From assembly GCA_043228905.1 (NCBI GenBank), contig JBHGNT010000004.1:20770001-20834000 (forward strand): a stretch of 64,000 nucleotides of DNA. The letters are read 5' to 3'. Source of the stretch: Azolla caroliniana. Its lineage: Eukaryota > Plantae > Polypodiophyta. Below the pieces are notes generated by a model. That model was given only the letters and a program-made list of their open reading frames with translations, searched no databases and was not told where the DNA came from. How positions within the stretch are numbered: the first letter of the stretch is position 1; each line of letters begins with the position of its first letter. Shown here piece by piece: positions 12,101-25,570 of the stretch. The position numbers and the translations under genes were made by a program.

Positions 12101-15100
12101 AATCTGACAAGCCTGTATACTTTCCAACCATTGCTATCTTAACCTGCAAACAAAGATTAATCAATGATGTTTCAAGAAAAAACACATAATTACCATCAAT
12201 GAAATAAACGAAATTACCATAGAAAGTTAACCTACAGGTGTAGAGAGGCTGTCACAAATCTCTGCTCGAGATGTCCATTCTTGTAAGTCTGGAAATTTGT
12301 CTAAGCTGCAGAAGAGAGAAAATTTGAATGTCTATTAAAAGACAAACTTAAATACCAATGCCAAGAGAACTGGAATTCCATTCAAATAGGTTGAGGCCAC
12401 TGACAGCATCAACATACCTCAAATTCAGCTGTTTCATAATGGCAAGATGGGCTTTTTGGTCCTATTTTCAACAACAAACTATATTGAGCACATTGAAAGC
12501 TCACAGAGCAAACGGAAAAACAAAAACATAGTGCAGTTTATACAGATGGAGGATACAATTAGACAGAAAAATCCATGCTAGAATGAAATAAGACAGGTAA
12601 CATGAAATAAACTGCAGATGATAGGGCATCCATAAATGCCTCTCTTCATCACAAGAATGCATGAGCATGAAAGATATTCAATGCTTACCCTGATGAGCAA
12701 AGGAACATGCCAAATATTTGAGACATCATGAATATTGCAGACATACTCTGCCTACAATAAGAACAAAGAAAATTAATACTTCATGCACCATCTTAGACAC
12801 AACCTACAAATCTTCACATACAAGAAGTTAATATATGGAAGAGATATTCGGCATTACATATCATACCGGAACATGGCAGAACTGTGACAATTTTTCCTTT
12901 GTAGATAGTTCAAGAGCCTGTGTGGATCCCTCATCAATTGCATAAAATCCACTTGCATTTAAATCTTGATGAGATTCTATTAGTAAGGCATACCTTAGCG
13001 CTACGACAAAATAGGAGATTAGGAGTTAGTCCCAATGCTCTAAGCTCTCTGACTGAATGTTGAGTTGGCTTTGTTTTCTGGCAAAAACCGAAATCAATAA
13101 ACGTTTCTGATAATCTTTGTTATTATCACAAAACAAATTAATCACAATATAAATATTAGAAAGAGCTGAAGTTAAGTTATACTTGTTCACCCACTACTCC
13201 AAGCACAGGTACAAGACTGACATGCCCCAGACAAAAATTTTCAGCACCTGCAAATAATTCATAGGTAAAAAGGGATGCCTCTACAATAGAACAGAACAAG
13301 TAGTTTTGACACACCAACTCGAAACTGGAACTGGCGCAAAGCCTCCACGAATGGCATAGATTCAATATCACCTGAAATTTGTGTAAATAGTAAAACCTTA
13401 GGGGCCAAATGTTAAATATAGAGCAACCATAGAGATAAACCACAAGATTACCAACAACTCCACCCAGTTCAATAACACAAACATCAGCAGGTTGGTCACT
13501 TCCATCTACAGGAACTTTAGCAACACGCTCAATCCAATCTTGAATAGCATCGGTAATGTGAGGTATCACCTGAGTATCGAACAAATATTCAAGTTCTTGT
13601 GGAGAATGACTTATTGCGCCATGTTATTCTCAATTATTGAATACAAAATTCAACCTGCACTGTCTTTCCCAAATAATCTCCACGCCTCTCTTTGTTGATA
13701 ACCGACTGCAAAAAAAACATATATACCTTGATAAGAACACGATGACCTATGCTTACAAATTAAGCATGAATGTGGACATAAGTGAATCTGCGAAAAAAAG
13801 AGTAAGGAGAGAGATAGAGAGACGTGCAAGATCCCAATAAGTAGAGATTGTAAAAAATCAGACACAAACCTGGTATATTTTCCCTGTTGTTATGTTGTTA
13901 TCTCTTGTCAATGTCACGTCGAGAAATCGTTCATAGTTCCCAAGGTCCAAATCAACCTTCATACCAAAAGCAACTTTGGGCAACTTTAGAAATGAATATT
14001 AAATCCCTAAGATCCAAGAACGGACTAGTTACCTAAATTCCACTATCAACAATTTCTAAATGTCTATTAAGCAGCCTATTTCCTTGACTGTACATAGCTT
14101 GAAACTCATACCAACTTTTCCATCAACCATGAAACACAAGCTTCCTCAAATATTGAAATATCAGATGTTTTAGAAATACATTATAGATTGTCATAGTTAA
14201 CACCTTGTTTGACAGCTATTAAATGATGGGAAATCCCACAGCATTTGTACTGTCTTTCAAAGAAGAATACCATGAAAAGACGACGTGTTTCAATCTAAAA
14301 CTTGCAAACTCGCATGCATCCTCAATTACACTACCACTCCACTTATCCATCATTCATTTGTCTTGTCTATTGTGCATTCTGAGTTCTGGTATATTAAATC
14401 ATCACAATATAGTGCAGATAAAGCAATGTGATTACACAACATGTTCTTGTTGCTTGTTCATTTCTTCTTGGGAAAGGAAGTCCTCTCCAGATAAATATTT
14501 AATTGATTTGCTAATGCTCCATCAGGACCCATGAGATATGAAACCAAATTCCTTGGTATTCAACAAACAACTGAATCTTTCAAGATGGAGAAACGTTAGT
14601 AACTTAGAATAAAAAGTATACTTGACATTTCTCCATGTGATTGGTCAAAAACGCATTCTCTCATCTCACCTAAAACGAGAATTAGGAGATATACTATAAA
14701 AATCTCTCAGATATAAGTATCAATAATACCTATAAGAGCTTAATACTAAAACCGTGTACAGACTAAAGCTAGTTCAGCTAAACCTAGGTTTTATGGACAT
14801 AAAAGAGAGCTAGCTTGTATAAATCCATAGACCCTATATCTAATGTAAGACCACATACAAATGGGCCTTGATGAAAGTTGCGTTTGTCAAAAGCGAGTGC
14901 TTTTTTGTAACATTTAGACCTGTGTGCACTTGCAACATGTAAGTCATAAAGTGCATTTCAAACTGAAAAGCATACTTTGAGTATCGGTTGCTCTTCGGTA
15001 GTGTGTGCAAGAAACTCCTCCATATAGATCACTGTTGGAGTCTATGTGCCCTCTTATCATCTTTGCACAAAGAAACTTGGCCATGTTTGAAAGGAAGTTT

Positions 15101-15854
15101 TCATACTTGGCTACGTAAACGAAATTAAATCTCTCCATGCATATTCAAAGCAATCGGGTAGTGACGGTACCTCTCTCTATCATCATGGATCACAAAATAA
15201 AACCATTCATGAAAAGAAATTATTAAAAAACGAAAAGACAGCCCCAACTAGAAAAATCCACTATCCTGATAGTAGATTCCCGTACCTCTCCACCATCATC
15301 GAGCACAAAAACTTCGCCATGCTCGAAAGGAGACATTGTTCCTGCGTCAGAGTTGAGGTAGGGGTCTGAAACAGCAGCAAAAAAAGGAAGGAAATCAAAT
15401 TCCATGGCATGAAAAACAACAATAACAAAGCAAAAAAAAGAATAAGGAAACAGAAGAACAAGGAAAAAAGAAAAACAATAAGAAAGAGGAAGAGGGAGAA
15501 GTGTAAGATGTCTTCATGCAAAAACAAAAAAAAACAGATATATTCAGATATGAAGGGCAAGAAACTGCCATAGAAAACGAAGAACATAAATACAGAGAAA
15601 ATGACGAAAGGAGCAGAAATTATATAGGAGAAGCTAGATTTTCCAGCTATGGAGAAGGAAGAAGAGATTCATGTGATAGGAATAAACGTAAAAAATGAAA
15701 TTTGGTCTTTAGTTATGTATTATGAAGAGTGAGGACCTATCTTGATGGAGGTAACACGGAGGCCACAGGCCTTGAGAACGACGCCAATGCTGCTGGCCGT
15801 CACACCTTTGCCAAGTCCGCTCACAACTCCTCCTGTCACCACCACATACTTCAT
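9151..15854 (-). CDS. CTPS: CTP synthase (glutamine-hydrolysing), 21 exons, ~598 aa
   Basis: Hand-spliced GT-AG exons (minus): 15737-15854, 15286-15365, 13870-13956, 13655-13705, 13452-13569, 13315-13371, 13183-13247, 12994-13077, 12867-12917, 12689-12751, 12418-12461, 12236-12305, 12081-12143, 11895-11984, 11779-11817, 11455-11604, 11283-11360, 10004-10089, 9884-9935, 9627-9801, 9151-9326. Phases are consistent and total 1797 nt. Motifs: [56 protein letters not shown] (catalytic Cys), [17 protein letters not shown]. Confidence 0.97.
10337..10900. repeat. Diverged ~320-bp tandem duplication in CTPS intron 17
   Basis: catgaataaccaagact at ~10337 and ~10657, each followed by matching cttgtaac.tacca..ctcatgagcat and caaatat..aagat blocks. 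Confidence 0.7.
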
Positions 15855-16075
15855 CTCTCTGTCTCTGTATCTCTCTCTCTCTCCTCCTTGCTTCGCCTTC
15901 TGTTTCTTACTTCCTGCACGATGCTCCTTCTTCCGATTCAGCTTCTTCAGCTTGTAGAAGGACCTTCCTTCCTTCCTTCCTTCCTTCCTTCCTCCTCCTC
16001 CTCCCCCTCCTCCTCCTCCTCCTCCTCCTCCTCCTTCTTCGTGGTATTGCTTCAGCTTCTGAGGAGCTGCTGCTG

Positions 16076-16108
<33 letters not shown>

Positions 16109-16475
16109 TCTCGCGCTCCTGTTTCTGGACAACAGCAGGTGTTGTTGCCCTGCTTCGGCTTCTTAAGAAATCTGTCTTTTGTCTGTTGGGTGATGTTAAC
16201 ATATAAATATGTATTATGTATTTGTATGTATAATTTTACACATGTGTTCATTCATTCATTCATATACAGTATGTATGTATGTATGTATGTATGTATGTAT
16301 GTGTACAGTATGTGCAGAGTGCAGGAGAGAGAGTCAGTCAGTCAGTCAGCCAGTCAAGAAGTCCTCTAGGGAACTCTGCTTTCTGCTTTCTGCTTTCTGC
16401 TTGTACAGTACATGTTTGGACCTATAGCCCTGTTTTTTTTGTTTTGGGGGAAGAAGGGGGGGGGGGGGGGGGGGT
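15855..16475. repeat. Microsatellite-rich CTPS 5' region: (CT)n, (TTCC)n, (CCT)n, (CTT)n, (TATG)n, (AGTC)n and a poly-G run
   Basis: Seen directly; these repeats explain the low-complexity ORFs in the track. Confidence 0.9.
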
Positions 16476-16997
16476 CTGTAAAAATATGTGATAATGTTTG
16501 GTTTTTGTGAATGCACAAGTCAAAGAGTTGCTTCTCAACTACACACACATGTAAAGAAGAAAGGATGGATATATATACATATATATATACAAAGTCTTTG
16601 GTGCCAAAGGTTATTGTCTGACCTCTGTATACGATAATACATCTATATATTTCTCCTGAAATGAAATCCAAGTCTTTTCATTTTTATCCAGCATATTTTT
16701 CCCCCTTTTTCCTTTGAAGGTTTGCAATGGCCCCAAAGTTAGGTGTTAAAACATGGGCTTTATATTGCCTTGCCATCATGGGTTTGAGCCCAATAAATGC
16801 ACTATCGATTGAGTTTGCATTGTGAGTCCCACATATTACTTTCCATAACCTAAGGATCAAATAACAAGTCATCACATGCTAAAGAAAATGTGAAAAACCA
16901 ACTTCGAACATCGTATGAAAGACTTGGATAGGTTCATTCACAGATGTCACCTTGCATCTCAAATCCTCCAAATCTAGCTAAGAAAGAAGCATAACCT

Positions 16998-17114
16998 TTA
17001 CCAAACCCAAAGTAATGCAAACATTGAGCTTAGTTCAAATTAGAAACAAAATTGGTTACCAAACCCAAAGTTATGCAAACATTGAGTTTATTTTAAATTC
17101 AAAACAAAATTAGG
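16998..17114. repeat. ~57-bp tandem duplication
   Basis: ttaccaaacccaaagt.atgcaaacattgag...aaacaaaatt occurs twice. Confidence 0.85.
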
Positions 17115-19619
17115 AGTTCTTTATGCTCCAAACACTCTTTGCACTGATTCAATCACCTCTTTAGGACTCTATTAGGAGCATAAGTCCTCTTTAAGCAAAT
17201 TACAAAGTCATCAATCATACGTAATGAAAACAATAGATACCTTCTGAATATTCTTTCCATATTGCGTGTCAAGAAGAATTACATATAACAATAAGCAAAC
17301 AATAATGTGCCTCCAATCAAATGCTCATTTAAATTTGTAGGAATAAAAGTTTCCAATAAGAGTTCTTATGCATCTTAAACACAAAAGGCATACAAATAAG
17401 AAAATAGCATTGCCATAGCTTTGCGAAGATGAAATCATAAATTCCCGAACAGCTCCAAACATCTAAATGCATATAACCAAAATATCTTGCAACACAACAA
17501 AAACTACTTCATTAGTTGGCAATCCACAAGGCATGATAGGTTTACTACTTCAATTTTGAGCCAATGCAAAATACTAAAAACCTAATAAAAAGCCCCACCA
17601 GATTGAATGGAATAGCTTGACCAGAAATAATTGTATAAATTGGTTAATTTCTACTTCAGAGCATGTATACAACATGAGAATCAAATTCATTGTGGGAAAT
17701 GAAGCAAAAACTTCAGGTTATTAATAAACTGTATTTTCCTGCCCAAATATCTTGTAGGGGCATATGGTGATTTTCTTGAAGCCAGTTTCTTTGTTTTCTT
17801 ACCAATGGCTACAAGAAGTTGTTTACGAGCTCTTGCCCTGAATGAACTGTTTTTAAGACAAAATCATGTTGGCCTTCCACTTCAGAACGTTAGTGAAAAG
17901 GTTCCCAACTTCCACCAATGGACATATTTTCTTTTACTGGGAGCAGAAAGCTTTTATAGATCCAAATAAAAAAACCCTCGTATCATATAATCATAAGCCT
18001 CCACTTAAACACCTGGTGATGCAAATCAATCCAACAGTGAGTAAGTAAATCCCTCCCTCCCTGTTCATGAAGTTAAAAAAGCTCAAAACTGAGAAAACAT
18101 CAAACACTATAAATATTTGGAAACTTATTTCTTATTGTCGCCCTAAAGTATAAGAAACATTAGGCTAGTTAGTCTGTTGTCTTTCCATTGTCTGACTCGT
18201 TTTGGCAAAAAGCTGAATTCTTAATATTTTGCAAATTAGGGAATACACAGTCTGTTCAATGGGATGAACGCCACACCAAACTAACATAAAGCATCTACCA
18301 GATTGAGGAACAGCAAGGCATACTCGGAATGTTCAGGGCTACTGAAATTTATCTATCTAGCTTGAGGGCCTACATATTACAGAACGAAAAAACTGCCATA
18401 GAGAAGAGATTTCTCCCTCAGGCAAATGAAATAAGCAAAACGAATTCAGCCACATGAAACCAAAAGAAGGACAAAACCCTCCCATTCTAGTTGAAGGGCT
18501 CAAGAGCAAGATTCTAGATGACATGAACAGCATCATAGAAGAGTAGCTCATAAAGAGGTTCAATACAAATAAACTGAAGTCATCTGAAGAAGAGCCCCAA
18601 TTGAGTAAAACAATCACATTAAATGAAGTTAACAACGAGGAGAAACAGCAACAGCAGGAAACACCCTGACATGTACGAGATTGGAAAATGTTCCTAAAGA
18701 AGAAGGAAAGACACTATGTTCAAAGATGTTCATGGAACGCACTCCCTTCACAGATATAAAGAGTAGGAAGTTTGAAAGGATATTTGTCGCAAACTGGTCT
18801 TAATATAGTAAATATAAAAGACATACAACATTCTTCCAAGAGTTTCTACTTCTTAAATTCACTGATCTTCAAATTGCTTTCCTGAACGCCATGGTAAATG
18901 TGCAGATGACATACGTCAAAACAATTTATACTTGTCACAGTTCCATGAAATCAAAAATATTTTGGATGTGATAAAGTTGTGGGTATCATTTTTAATTTAT
19001 CTACAAATATGTGTGTGAGATAGGGCTGAGGCTGAGATCTAGGGAGCCTCGTCAAAATTTCAATTATCAAAGTTCATCCAAATTCAACGAACAGTTCATT
19101 GGAGATCCAATGAATCTAACCATTCAGAATAGTGCAATAATCACATAAGAGTTAGTGGGTTCTTGTTAAAGATGAAAATAGATCAACGATGAAATTACGC
19201 CCACCCAATTGTTACCTGGTGTGGGGAAAAGGAAAGTCTCAGAAGTATGGAAGAACATAGATATCTAAATCAATTATACCAATGGGAGTACCATTGACCA
19301 TGAAATATGTAAATGCTTTGATGATGAATAGATTATTCAATGGTTTTGGAGTTCAAGGATCTTAATCATAAATTTTGACATATGCATAAACACTTGCACT
19401 TATGAGAGTGATGCAATAATCACTTAAATTTCCATGGTTTCTTGTTAACTTTGGAGATTAGAGAACTGGTCTTACATGTTTCTAAATGTGACCATTACTA
19501 ACATTAGGATATCCCAAAACCAGGATGAATCAGATCCAACTTCTAGATTCATTAATGATATGAAACTAAACTCTATAATAGGATGATGGAATTGAATAAA
19601 ACAATTATGTGAATTGTGA

Positions 19620-21761
19620 TTAATGAAGGAAACTACACTTACTTGCACGTGAGCTTCTAGTAGGTATCTCTTTTAGCTCACGCCGAATGCATAACCATTC
19701 ACCCAGAACTGCCATTGTGGCAGCACCAATACCATTCACCACCCACCATGCAATCGATGAGGGCAAACCACCATATATGAGGCAGATGAATAAATGTATA
19801 ATATACATGGTCACCGTGAAATCTAAACACTTTTTAGCTCTCTCCACAATCAAGAGTAAATAAGCAGACCTGTAATATCAAATAGAGTGTTAAAACTCAT
19901 CCAAAACAGCTACGACGTAACTCTGCTATTCGAAAACAAAATTAAGTTCACAAAAAGATGCAATGACAATTTTTTGTTTGCATTGGCAATCGACAATGGT
20001 TCAGTCAGTTCTGTTCGGTTTGGGAGTCTCAAACTCAAACCATTTCAAGCCAAACCGTTTAACATATTTTAAACTTAAACTGAACCATTTTAAGCCAAAC
20101 CCATTTGAGATTTACAAGCTCACACCAAACGGTTCAAGAGAATTACAAACCAGTAAGTTATTAAACTGTTGAACCACAGTTTTGCAGTGCAGTTTTCAGG
20201 TTCAGCTTCATGGTTTAACGGTTCAGTCTTTTGTGCTGACTTTTGCACAATTCTTTAACAAAGAAGTTGGCAACCGAAGTTTCCTACTTATAAACTACTT
20301 AGTAAACTGAGCAAAGAAGAAATTATGGATCTCAAATGCTATAGCTTATTATGATAATAGGATATAGGTCTTCACTTTATAAAGGTAATTTCTATTTTAA
20401 AATATTTCAAAAATGTCCTAACCCTAAACCATTAAGCCATTTACTTGCAAAACATTAAGCCACAGTTTGAATCCACAAACTGTTAAGCCATTTTAGCTGC
20501 ATTTTGAAGCTGTTTAAGTTCCAAACTGTTAAGCCAATAACGCCTCAAACCGAACCCTTGAACCACCAAGCAAAACCAAACCTGAACTGAACCATTTAAA
20601 CCGTTAAGCAGCGGTTTTTCTGTTCGGTTCAGCTCAACTGGAAGTGCTGATTGCTACTTTGCAACTTGGACTTGGTGGGTAAACAAAGATCATGTTATAT
20701 CCTATTAACCCAGACAGGACAAAAACACACCCCTTATCTTAACCAAATTACACAAGTGAAATAAAGGTTCATGTGCATGCCCTGAGGATTAGAATGAGAT
20801 AGGAAGAAAAGAGAGGGAAATTAATAAATGATGGAAAACATGACATGGGAGGGGATTAGCGGGTAGCAAATCAATTTTTATAATTGAAATCCTTAAATCA
20901 ATGTGCTACATAAACAAAAATAGAAAATAGGAATTCCTAGTTTTTCATTCAGATAAATAATTGCACCGCTCTAGTAGCCCTGATCTTCGTGCACGCACAA
21001 AAGTATGAGAAATAAATACACAGAAGAGCTAATATCATCAAGCTACAGTGAATAAAAACGAAAACGTCATAAAGACAATTATTTACGAATTAGGGTGAAG
21101 AAACCAAATAATCAATCAATTAACCACACACAATTTCCAATAGCCCAAGAATTCGTAGAGCTTAATATTAGCAATGGCATGAGAGGTCATAAAAAACCAT
21201 ATGTTTGGCGATCAACGGGTTAATGTAAACTTACAATATACATACATATAGTACACACAATTACATCGAGTGAACCAACCTAAGGACTTTGAAGCAACCA
21301 TAAAGAAATGAACCAAGAAAACATAAATAAAAAATAAGTTAACATGAAAACGTATGCATAATATACATGCACAATTGACAGAATCAGCATATACACACAC
21401 ATAATATGCAACATATTACAGAGAGATAATCATGATTCCACCAACAATAGCCCTAGAATTGACAAAACAAAGCAAGAGCTTGATAATACCAATGATGAGG
21501 GGGAACTAAATCAGAAACAAATGCATCCACTTACCCGGCCAGGGCATTAAGGAGTGAAGCAGCGATGACACACCATCCTGTGACCGAGGAAGTGGTCAGC
21601 ACTGAGTAATCAAATAAATACTTGAGGGTGAAGTTTCCGGCCTCACGAGTTCCGACAAGCAACCAAAGAAGAAAGCCAAGGCTGATGTAATAGAGACATT
21701 GAAAGCAAACAATTTGTGATACTATGAGCCATGGATCCCATACCATAGCCCCATAAAACAT
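19620..21761 (-). CDS. SYS1: SYS1-like integral Golgi membrane protein
   Basis: Exon 21535-21761 (MFYGAMVWDPWLIVSQIVCFQCLYY...) splices in phase 2 to an exon starting at 19869 (IVERAKKCLDFTVTMYIIHL...WWVVN...LGEWLCIRRELKEIP), matching plant SYS1 motifs. The 3' end is uncertain: a perfect GTAAGT donor at 19642 may lead to a tiny last exon. Confidence 0.9.
19984..20654. mobile_element. Non-autonomous DNA-transposon-like element (AACCG/CGGTT-rich, MITE/hAT-like) in the SYS1 intron
   Basis: Dense aaacc/aaccg/ggttc subterminal motifs, an AT-rich core and imperfect terminal inverted repeats (GCAATCGACA...TGCTGATTGC). Same layout as the element at 61572-62040. Confidence 0.6.
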
Positions 21762-21952
21762 GACTCTGAATTGTTTGAGAATGCCCAGTTGGAGAGAGAA
21801 CCCTAATCGGTTCCGGTGCTTCCTAATGGGACCTATCCTTGATTCAGCTATGATGGGCGATCTTGCAGAAGAGCACGACTGGAGGGGTTGGAAGAGGGCA
21901 TTGGCCTGTTCAAGCAGAAGGGGGTGGAAGAAGATCGCCAAAAGCGCAGGCT

Positions 21953-21987
<35 letters not shown>

Positions 21988-22185
21988 CTTCTTTTCTCGT
22001 GTTTTCTCCCTCCTGTCGTAAGAGGGAAAGTCGATCTTTTCTTCTTTGCTTTGCTGTGATTTTGAAGCTCTGCTCTGTTTCTGCTCTGTTTTGATTTATT
22101 GTTGTTACATATGTATTTGTTTACATACATGAATCTTTAGGAGAAAAAACTAGGCCTAATCTTTGTGTATGCTTTTCTTTTTTGC

Positions 22186-22231
22186 CACACACACACACAC
22201 ACACACACTCAAAGGTGAGGGAATGAATGAG

Positions 22232-22273
<42 letters not shown>
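22186..22273. repeat. (CA)n and (CT)n microsatellites
   Basis: Seen directly. Confidence 0.95.
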
Positions 22274-22277
<4 letters not shown>

Positions 22278-22534
22278 AAAGGTTGTGGGCCTTTCTAATA
22301 CCCCCCTTGGTCTCGTCTTCTACGTAGACGATTCCATCCTAACCTCACAATATTGCACACCACCAAAAGCTCCTCCTCGTTTGGTCCTACTCGGACGACT
22401 GCATGACAAAGAAATGTGATGCGCAAAATTTGTCCTCTGCATGCCAGTGTTCCTACTTAATTACCAGAAAAACATAAGAGATATTACATACATGTGTGTG
22501 TGTGTATGTGTATTGGCGATCGGCGATGATGCAA

Positions 22535-23240
22535 CCAACTCTCTTTGGTTTGGGCATTGACAACTAGCTCGAAGAAATAGTTGACTGGTTTTTTACACAA
22601 CTAGGCATTGAAGGTGTTTGCTATCATGTTTTTGCTATACCTAGATGATAATGGGAGTAGTTTTTGCAAAATACTTTAGTAGATGCCCATGAGATTATGA
22701 GTGTACTGGAAAACTTGGGTACACTTAGTAAGTTGAGTGTCAATGACTCCAGAATGAGGGTTATGTTTGTGACGTCTTGAAATAAGGTTAAAACATCCAT
22801 TCTATACAGTAACCGGCCACTTGAAACTTGTAGAAGCCTTCAAATACTTTGGGCTAGATGTTCCCACTCTCCCCAATCATAGATGGAATGAATGTGCTCC
22901 GTACAACTTTGAAGCTAGAAAGATGATTTATTGTTCATTTGAGAACATATGCAATGGTGGCAAAATTAAATCTTGGGTTCTCTACAAATACCTTCTTAAC
23001 ACCTCAATGTCATCAATGTTGTTGAGCGATAACTCCCATAAGTTTATTTGGAAAAGGTTTGGAAATGTCCAAAATCACATTCTTTTGAAGTTTCTTTAAA
23101 CTAATTTACATACACTATACATGGTCTTATTTATTGACACCAAATACCTTCTCCTTAAAATCATGATCACGAAAAGGATTGTTCGTGAGCAAAATGCTTG
23201 GGATTCATTAGATGTTAAGGTTCTTAAGTTAGATACTTGA
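22535..23240 (+). mobile_element. Degenerate non-LTR reverse transcriptase fragment (RTE-like)
   Basis: Broken frames give PTLFGLGID (SPTLF motif), IMFLLYLDD (YADD-like) and LKLVEAFKYFGL (FKYLG-like) in the expected order. Confidence 0.65.
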
Positions 23241-25032
23241 TCGTAGTGAGTTATGTTCTGCCTTCCAATCTGCACAAAATAGACAAACTTTCATCTTTCC
23301 TATTGGGAATTCAACATGTCCATGTAGTCCCAACAAACTCTTTGAGCACCTCCCTTGTTACAAAACTAGTTAATGAAGTAGTATCACGAGTAGCATGCAA
23401 ACAATACACACATATTCAACCTTTTCTCCTTTGGTTATCTTTAACATATTGTCAATCTTTATCAACAATGGCATTGTTATTAGTAGTGATTCGTGAAAAT
23501 CAAATAGTTGATTTCCCTTATCCTTAAATGTGAAATTTTAGAGTGTTGCATATTTGCCGCCTTTCCCGAATGATGTTCCTTCATCCCTAACTATTATGCA
23601 CACATAATGTAGCCGGTAGGTGAGGGTAGGCCACTAATATTTATTGAACATAAGTGAAGGGTATGTTCACTAATGTTAGATAGGAATGATAGATGCATGC
23701 AATATCATGATACTTGACAACCAATGAATGGAGAGTCTATTAGAAAAGCATCTCTATTCAAGGGGCCTAGGAAGAGGTATAAATATGAGTTCAAGCTACC
23801 CTCATAAGACACATTATGTCCGAAGGCTAAAGCCTTAAGACACCAACGGTGCAGGTGAGGCTTTCGTCGCGACGATTATGCTACCTATTCCAAGGTACTA
23901 GTCATCCTAATATCAATCAGCATGGGACGTCAGTGGGAAGCCAACTATGGCTTGATCATAGGTCGGGGGTGGTCGGGAGGAATGGGTTCTTCTATCCAAT
24001 CTATTCACCTTTAGTTTACTTTAATTTGGTTTATTGACTGGTAATAGACTCTTAACAATAATACACAAACCAAATCGTTGATTTCCCTTATCCTTAGCGT
24101 GAGATTTGAAAGTTCCGCATCTTTGTCACCTATCTCGAATGATGTTGCTTCATCCCTAACAACCACATTATTGAAGATTTCAACATCTCTCCCAACTTCT
24201 TCATTAACAATCCCTTCATTAGAGATTTCCATAGGCAACGGAGGATAATGTTGGCATTCAACCATCAAGTATCCCCATTCACTGCATCCAAAGGGATTCG
24301 TCTCTCTAAGTTATTGCAGTCTCTATGTGTCTATATAATCTATCTTTATGTGTATATACCTATAGATGAGATAGGCATCATTCACAATAGCCATAACCAT
24401 AGTTATTCCAATTGACAACGTTTTGATCTTTGTGTACTTCTAAGTTCTTATTGTTGCTTCTCTCTCTCTACAGATTTCTCTCACAGCCACAATATGAATC
24501 CTCAATTACATTAGGATTTTTATTGAACATGCAGTGCCATCTCCAAGATCATTCCATTGTGTCACTTGTAGTTGTGTTATGTTCAGGGTACGTATTAATC
24601 TCAGTTAGAGTTATGCATCCTTATAGAGATCATGTGTAAACCAAACCATTGTCTACTTTGGTATTGGTGAGATGGTAAGAGTGGTTGTTAGTCACTCTTA
24701 AACTATCTACAATAATGTTAATGATCTAAATGAGAATGAAATTTAATTGAGAAGTGGGTGAATACATTGCAACTAATCAATATTCTTTTAAAGCAAAGTT
24801 AAACATTTAAGAATAATGTATTAGAGGATCTCTCTCTGTGTGTCTCTCTCCATGCACCTTGGAGTATTTGCAATTATACTCTCCATGCACCTTGTCTCTA
24901 TGGGAGTTGGATTTATGTCATTCAATCTCACAACATCTTCGAGGGTTTACCTTGCCATAAGAACCTTGTTATTAATGGAGTAGTTGAGATACCAGAGGCA
25001 TTTTGTATCATCATTTTGATTTATACGCATAC

Positions 25033-25034
<2 letters not shown>

Positions 25035-25113
<79 letters not shown>
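25035..25113. repeat. Compound microsatellite (GT)n(GA)n
   Basis: Seen directly. Confidence 0.95.
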
Positions 25114-25117
<4 letters not shown>

Positions 25118-25238
25118 GAAGTAAAAAATCGAATAATTTGGATTTTATGCATAAGGCCTTTGTTATTGATCTAGCGTCTTACTCATTGTTTGTAGTTAAT
25201 TCTCTATAAAGTTGATGCAATGGATTGGTAGGGAGTTT

Positions 25239-25570
25239 TTTAATATGATGTCACTTATTTCGAAGGATGGTATTTTATTGCATGGGATTAATAATGAAAT
25301 GGATAGAGATGGACTCTTTACCCAACTAACTACCCTCTAGATGGCATGACTTGTGACCCATAGGTTGACTCTTCTCCAAACTAACTACCATCAAGGGATT
25401 GGTCAGAAGTTGTTTAATATAATGTCACTTATTTCAAACGATGGCATTTTATTGCATGGGATTAATAATGAAATGGATATAGATGAACTCTTTATCCTAC
25501 TAACTACCCTCTAGTGATAGCATGACTTGTGACCTAGAAGTTGACTCTTCACCCAACTAACTACCATCTA
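25239..25570. repeat. ~175-bp tandem duplication
   Basis: tttaatat.atgtcacttatttc...gcatgggattaataatgaaatggata...gcatgacttgtgacc...ctaactaccatc at ~25239 and ~25414. Confidence 0.9.

Noticed and set aside
15729-16491. Overlapping poly-S, poly-R and MYVC ORFs
   Set aside because: These are alternative or antisense frames over microsatellites in the CTPS 5' region.
22231-22419. FYVDD motif as a separate reverse transcriptase gene
   Set aside because: It is an isolated short motif next to microsatellites, at most a tiny LINE relic.
23600-24010. Possible LTR with a TATA box at ~23777
   Set aside because: No convincing TG...CA ends or TSD were found.
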